DNA of 63,040 nt, counting the filler, from Ministeria vibrans ATCC 50519 (Eukaryota; Protista; Filasterea), in the NCBI GenBank assembly GCA_943704425.1. It is 10 parts of 10 records of this genome, joined end to end, with 100 filler letters (N's around TTAATTAATTAA, not from the genome) between each part and the next. Parts side by side here need not be neighbours in the genome. Positions count along the whole stretch, not along the records: positions 59,845 to 61,540 come from CALSCP010001876.1; positions 61,641 to 63,040 come from CALSCP010001212.1; 8 more parts are not named here. One strand, written 5' to 3'. The number at the start of each line of letters is the position of its first letter. Within the stretch, counting starts at the first letter, position 1. Made by a program: the position numbers and the translations under genes. Below the pieces are notes generated by a model, which saw only the letters and a program-made list of their open reading frames with translations, made no database searches and was not told the DNA's origin. Shown here one piece after another: positions 59,845 through 63,040 of the stretch.

Positions 59845-61491
59845 CGCCATGGCGGGCACATCAACATGTTGAACCCATCCGCCGCACTGCAGTCGCTCGT
59901 GGAGAGAGCGCACGTCGACTGCGACAAACGATGTGTGTGTGCTGGCCAGATTGAATCGCTTGGCAAGCGTCACCATCTCCTGTTTGACTTGATGTGCAAT
60001 TGGGCGTGATCCAAAGCCCGTGCGGCTGTGCAAGGGACTGGTGGCGTCGTCAAGATCGCGCAAAAGGGCCCTGGCAGCCATACGGTGCACCAGAAGCCCT
60101 TCGACGCGTGTCTCTTCGCTGATGTCAGCACGTGCCTCGAGTGGTCCGTCAGGCGTCTCGGCCGTAATCCCAATGCTCGTGGGCACGGCTTGGCCCGCCT
60201 CGATGATGCAGTACACTTGAAAACGCTCGCCGTTGAAGACGGGTGGGAGTGTGTGAGGCGCTTGCTTGAGCAGGGCGACGCTGGCGGGCACTGTCGACGC
60301 ACTCGTCACATTAGGGCTGCGGTAGCCCAGCAGACTCTTGACCATGGGCGCACTGCTCAAAGTGGTAGGCGTGTAGGGAGGTGGAGGTGCCTGGGGCTGC
60401 ACGCCCCAGTCTACCTTGACGTTGCGAATGGAGGGCTGCATTGCCTGCTTGAGTTGGGGCACCACCAGCGCATCGAGACGAGTGCTCTCCACAGCAAACT
60501 TGGCAGTGCCATTGCCAGCACGCGCAATTCCTTCCACCAGCGCACGCGACACTGCCGAACCAATGCCCAAGCTGAAGACACGCGCGTGATGATTGTGCGA
60601 GCGCACATACGCCACCACATCGTCCGTGTTCGACACCTGTCCGTCTGTCAGCACAAACACCTGACGCGCATAGCCTGCAATAGGCGCTGCATCCATCACT
60701 GTGCGCAGGGGCGACAGAATCTCGGTTCCACCCAGGTTAGCACTCATGCGTTCGACGTGTTTCGTGGCACTGCGCAGTGTCTGTTCGCAGTAGCGCACCG
60801 ACTTCCGTTCGAACAATTCCATGCGCGAACCAAATCCAACAATGTTGAAGTAGCAGTCGGCAGGCAGGGAGCGCAGGAAAACCTGCAGAGCAGCACATGC
60901 CTGACGCATCTGCGAGCCGGCCATCGAGCCACTGCGGTCCACAACAAAGACATATTCACCTCGCTTGTCGGCCAGCTCAAACTGCGGGCAGATGGTCAGC
61001 ATGGCGGCGTGCGAGCCCGAGGCAGAGTCGTGCTCGAGACACGCCTGCACCACCAGAGGCGTCTCGGGCGTCACCAGTACCACCAGGTCCTGGTCCATGC
61101 TCGTGCCGTGTGCAAGCTGCACGGTGGCTGTGGTGCCTGAGAGTGCTGTGGCAATGGCGTGGCTGTGCGTCGGCGACACAATCGACGTGATGGCAGTCAT
61201 CATGGAGCAGTGGAGTGTCACGTCGAGGCCGTACGACGCGTCTGCCGCAAACGACGCCGTCGGGGGCGCCGGTGTCGGTGCTGTGCCGGCAGGCGTGTAG
61301 CGAGGTGCAACTGCGGTGGGGAGGAGGAAGCGCACGGCGGAACCCTCCGTCTTGAGCTGCGCCACATACGTGAGAGAGACGGTCACGACCGATCCCGCAA
61401 GAATGTTGCCAATGGTCGCGCTGAACACGTCCTCCTGCTCCTGCGACAACAGCGCAGCCCCGTGACCCTGTGAAACTGCGTCATTGTACGC
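59845..61491 (-). CDS. VIT plus von Willebrand A domain protein (VWA5A-like), internal exon, both ends truncated
   Basis: End of a VIT domain (DVFSATIGNI..RFLLPTAVAPRY); MIDAS FVVDRSGSM; FNIVGFGS; ANLGGTEI; VFVLTDGQV; RVFSLGIG; TSFVAVD. Confidence 0.88.
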
Positions 61492-61640
61492 CTACGAGTG
61501 GTGCGAGGGTGTCAGCAAACGGAACGGAAAACGGAACGGANNNNNNNNNNNNNNNNNNNNNNNNNNNNNNNNNNNNNNNNNNNNTTAATTAATTAANNNN
61601 NNNNNNNNNNNNNNNNNNNNNNNNNNNNNNNNNNNNNNNN

Positions 61641-61770
61641 TCTCTCTCTATCACTTTGTTTCTCTCTCTCTATCACTTTGTTTCTCTCTCTCTATCACTT
61701 TGTTTCTCTCTCTCTATCACTTTGTTTCTCTCTCTCTATCACTTTGTTTCTCTCTCTATCACTTTGTTTC
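61641..61770. repeat. Tandem array of six copies of a ~22-nt TCTCTCTCTATCACTTTGTT unit
   Basis: Directly visible. Confidence 0.9.
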
Positions 61771-61798
61771 TTTCTTCTCTCTCTCTCTCTATCTGTTT

Positions 61799-62846
61799 GC
61801 GCGACTGACTGCGTTTGGGTTGCGCGGTGGGCGCAGCATAACATCGCGATCGACTGGTTCGACGCCTAGACTCTGAGCGGGCGGCCCATCCATAATAATG
61901 TTAATCCACAGGATCTGCATGGCATTCATGGGGTTGGGGACGCCCATGCACGTAGATATGGTGATCAGCGACAGTGCCGCAATGCTACGCATATTGTTGC
62001 AATGTGAGGCGACAGTCTAACCTGAGATAGATTCATACCTTGTGCTGAGTTGGAAGCAGACAAAGTTGGTGATGTTGTAGAAAATACTCTTGCCCTCCTC
62101 AATGGCAGACATGATGGTCAGAAAGTCGTCGTTGAGCAGGATCATGTCGGCGGCCTCCTTGCACACATCCTTGCCGGTGAGCCCCATGGCAATGCCAATG
62201 TCCGCCCGTCGCAGTGCCGGTGCGTCGTTGACGCCGTCACCCGTCATCGCCACCACACTCCCGTTCGCCTGATACGCCTGCACAATTGCCAGCTTGTCGT
62301 GTGGTGAAGTGCGGTAGAAGACACGCGCATGACGCACTGCCGTCGCCAGTTGATGACTGCTGTGTAAGGTTCGCACCTGTGCACCGCTCAGACACTGTGA
62401 GTACTCTACGCCGCCCTTGGACGGCGACATGCTCATGCCCATGCTCTGTGTTGCCATCCCTCCGTGGTTACTGCGCTCTCCAATAATGCCCACTTGCTCC
62501 GCCACAGACTCGGCCGTCTCCAGACTGTCTCCAGTGATCATCACAACGGAAACGCCGGCGCGTGACATTCGTGCCACTGCATCGCGCACATCCTGAAGAA
62601 CAATGTAATAGAAGAATGAGAAAAACACGAACCAGAATGGGAGGGTGGTCATCTGACTTCTCTAGGAGGATCAAGGAGACCGGCAAAGCCGACAAAGGCA
62701 AGTGCTGAAGGCTCTTGCTTGGCCGGTGCCACACCACTGACGGGCGTGTAAGCTCCCGTAGCCAGTGCGAGCACACGCAGTCCCTGTCGCCCAATGACCC
62801 GCGCCACCTCGTGCAGCTGCGCCCGTGCTGCGTCGTCCATTGGAAG
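61799..62846 (-). CDS. PMR1: Secretory-pathway Ca2+/Mn2+ P-type ATPase (PMR1/SPCA), internal exons
   Basis: [45 protein letters not shown], and [28 protein letters not shown] (SPCA-type M6 signature). Confidence 0.88.
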
Positions 62847-62983
62847 CTAGAAGACCAGTGATTGTGATTGTGAATAAAATTATCATTTTTAATAAAAATA
62901 ATAATAATAATACTCATAATATTATTATAATTATTATTATTATTGTAATAATAATCATATTTTTATATCAATGTGCATTTTGT

Positions 62984-63039
<56 letters not shown>

Positions 63040-63040
63040 A

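Noticed and set aside
61641-61770. CRISPR-like or tetO-like repeat (TCTCTATCACT matches one tetO half-site)
   Set aside because: There are no unique spacers, no cas genes and no second tetO half. It is a simple tandem repeat in eukaryotic DNA.

Overview
Eukaryotic, gene-dense, intron-rich DNA read in the standard code; every intron I traced is GT-AG. It comes from a flagellated protist, since it carries an outer-arm axonemal dynein. The window is a concatenation of about 10 contigs joined by N-padded TTAATTAATTAA linkers, so gene neighbourhoods across linkers are not real. Housekeeping genes: UTP13/TBL3, CHO2-type PE methyltransferase, dynein beta-type heavy chain, SAPS/PP6R, HEATR6, CDT2/DTL, NOL10/ENP2, ABCB7/ATM1, CCT3, a VIT-vWA protein and a PMR1/SPCA pump. 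It also holds two TKL kinases, an F-box/ankyrin protein, a GNAT, a bacterial-type secreted esterase, a cathepsin B-like protease, a pogo-like DDD transposase and a Cys-rich repeat protein. Two protein architectures stand out. (1) A severin/fragmin-type gelsolin has a complete four-repeat annexin core inserted inside its third gelsolin domain. (2) A RasGAP-PH-LIM protein appears to have a circularly permuted RasGAP domain. All family assignments come from motif recognition by eye, not from database searches.
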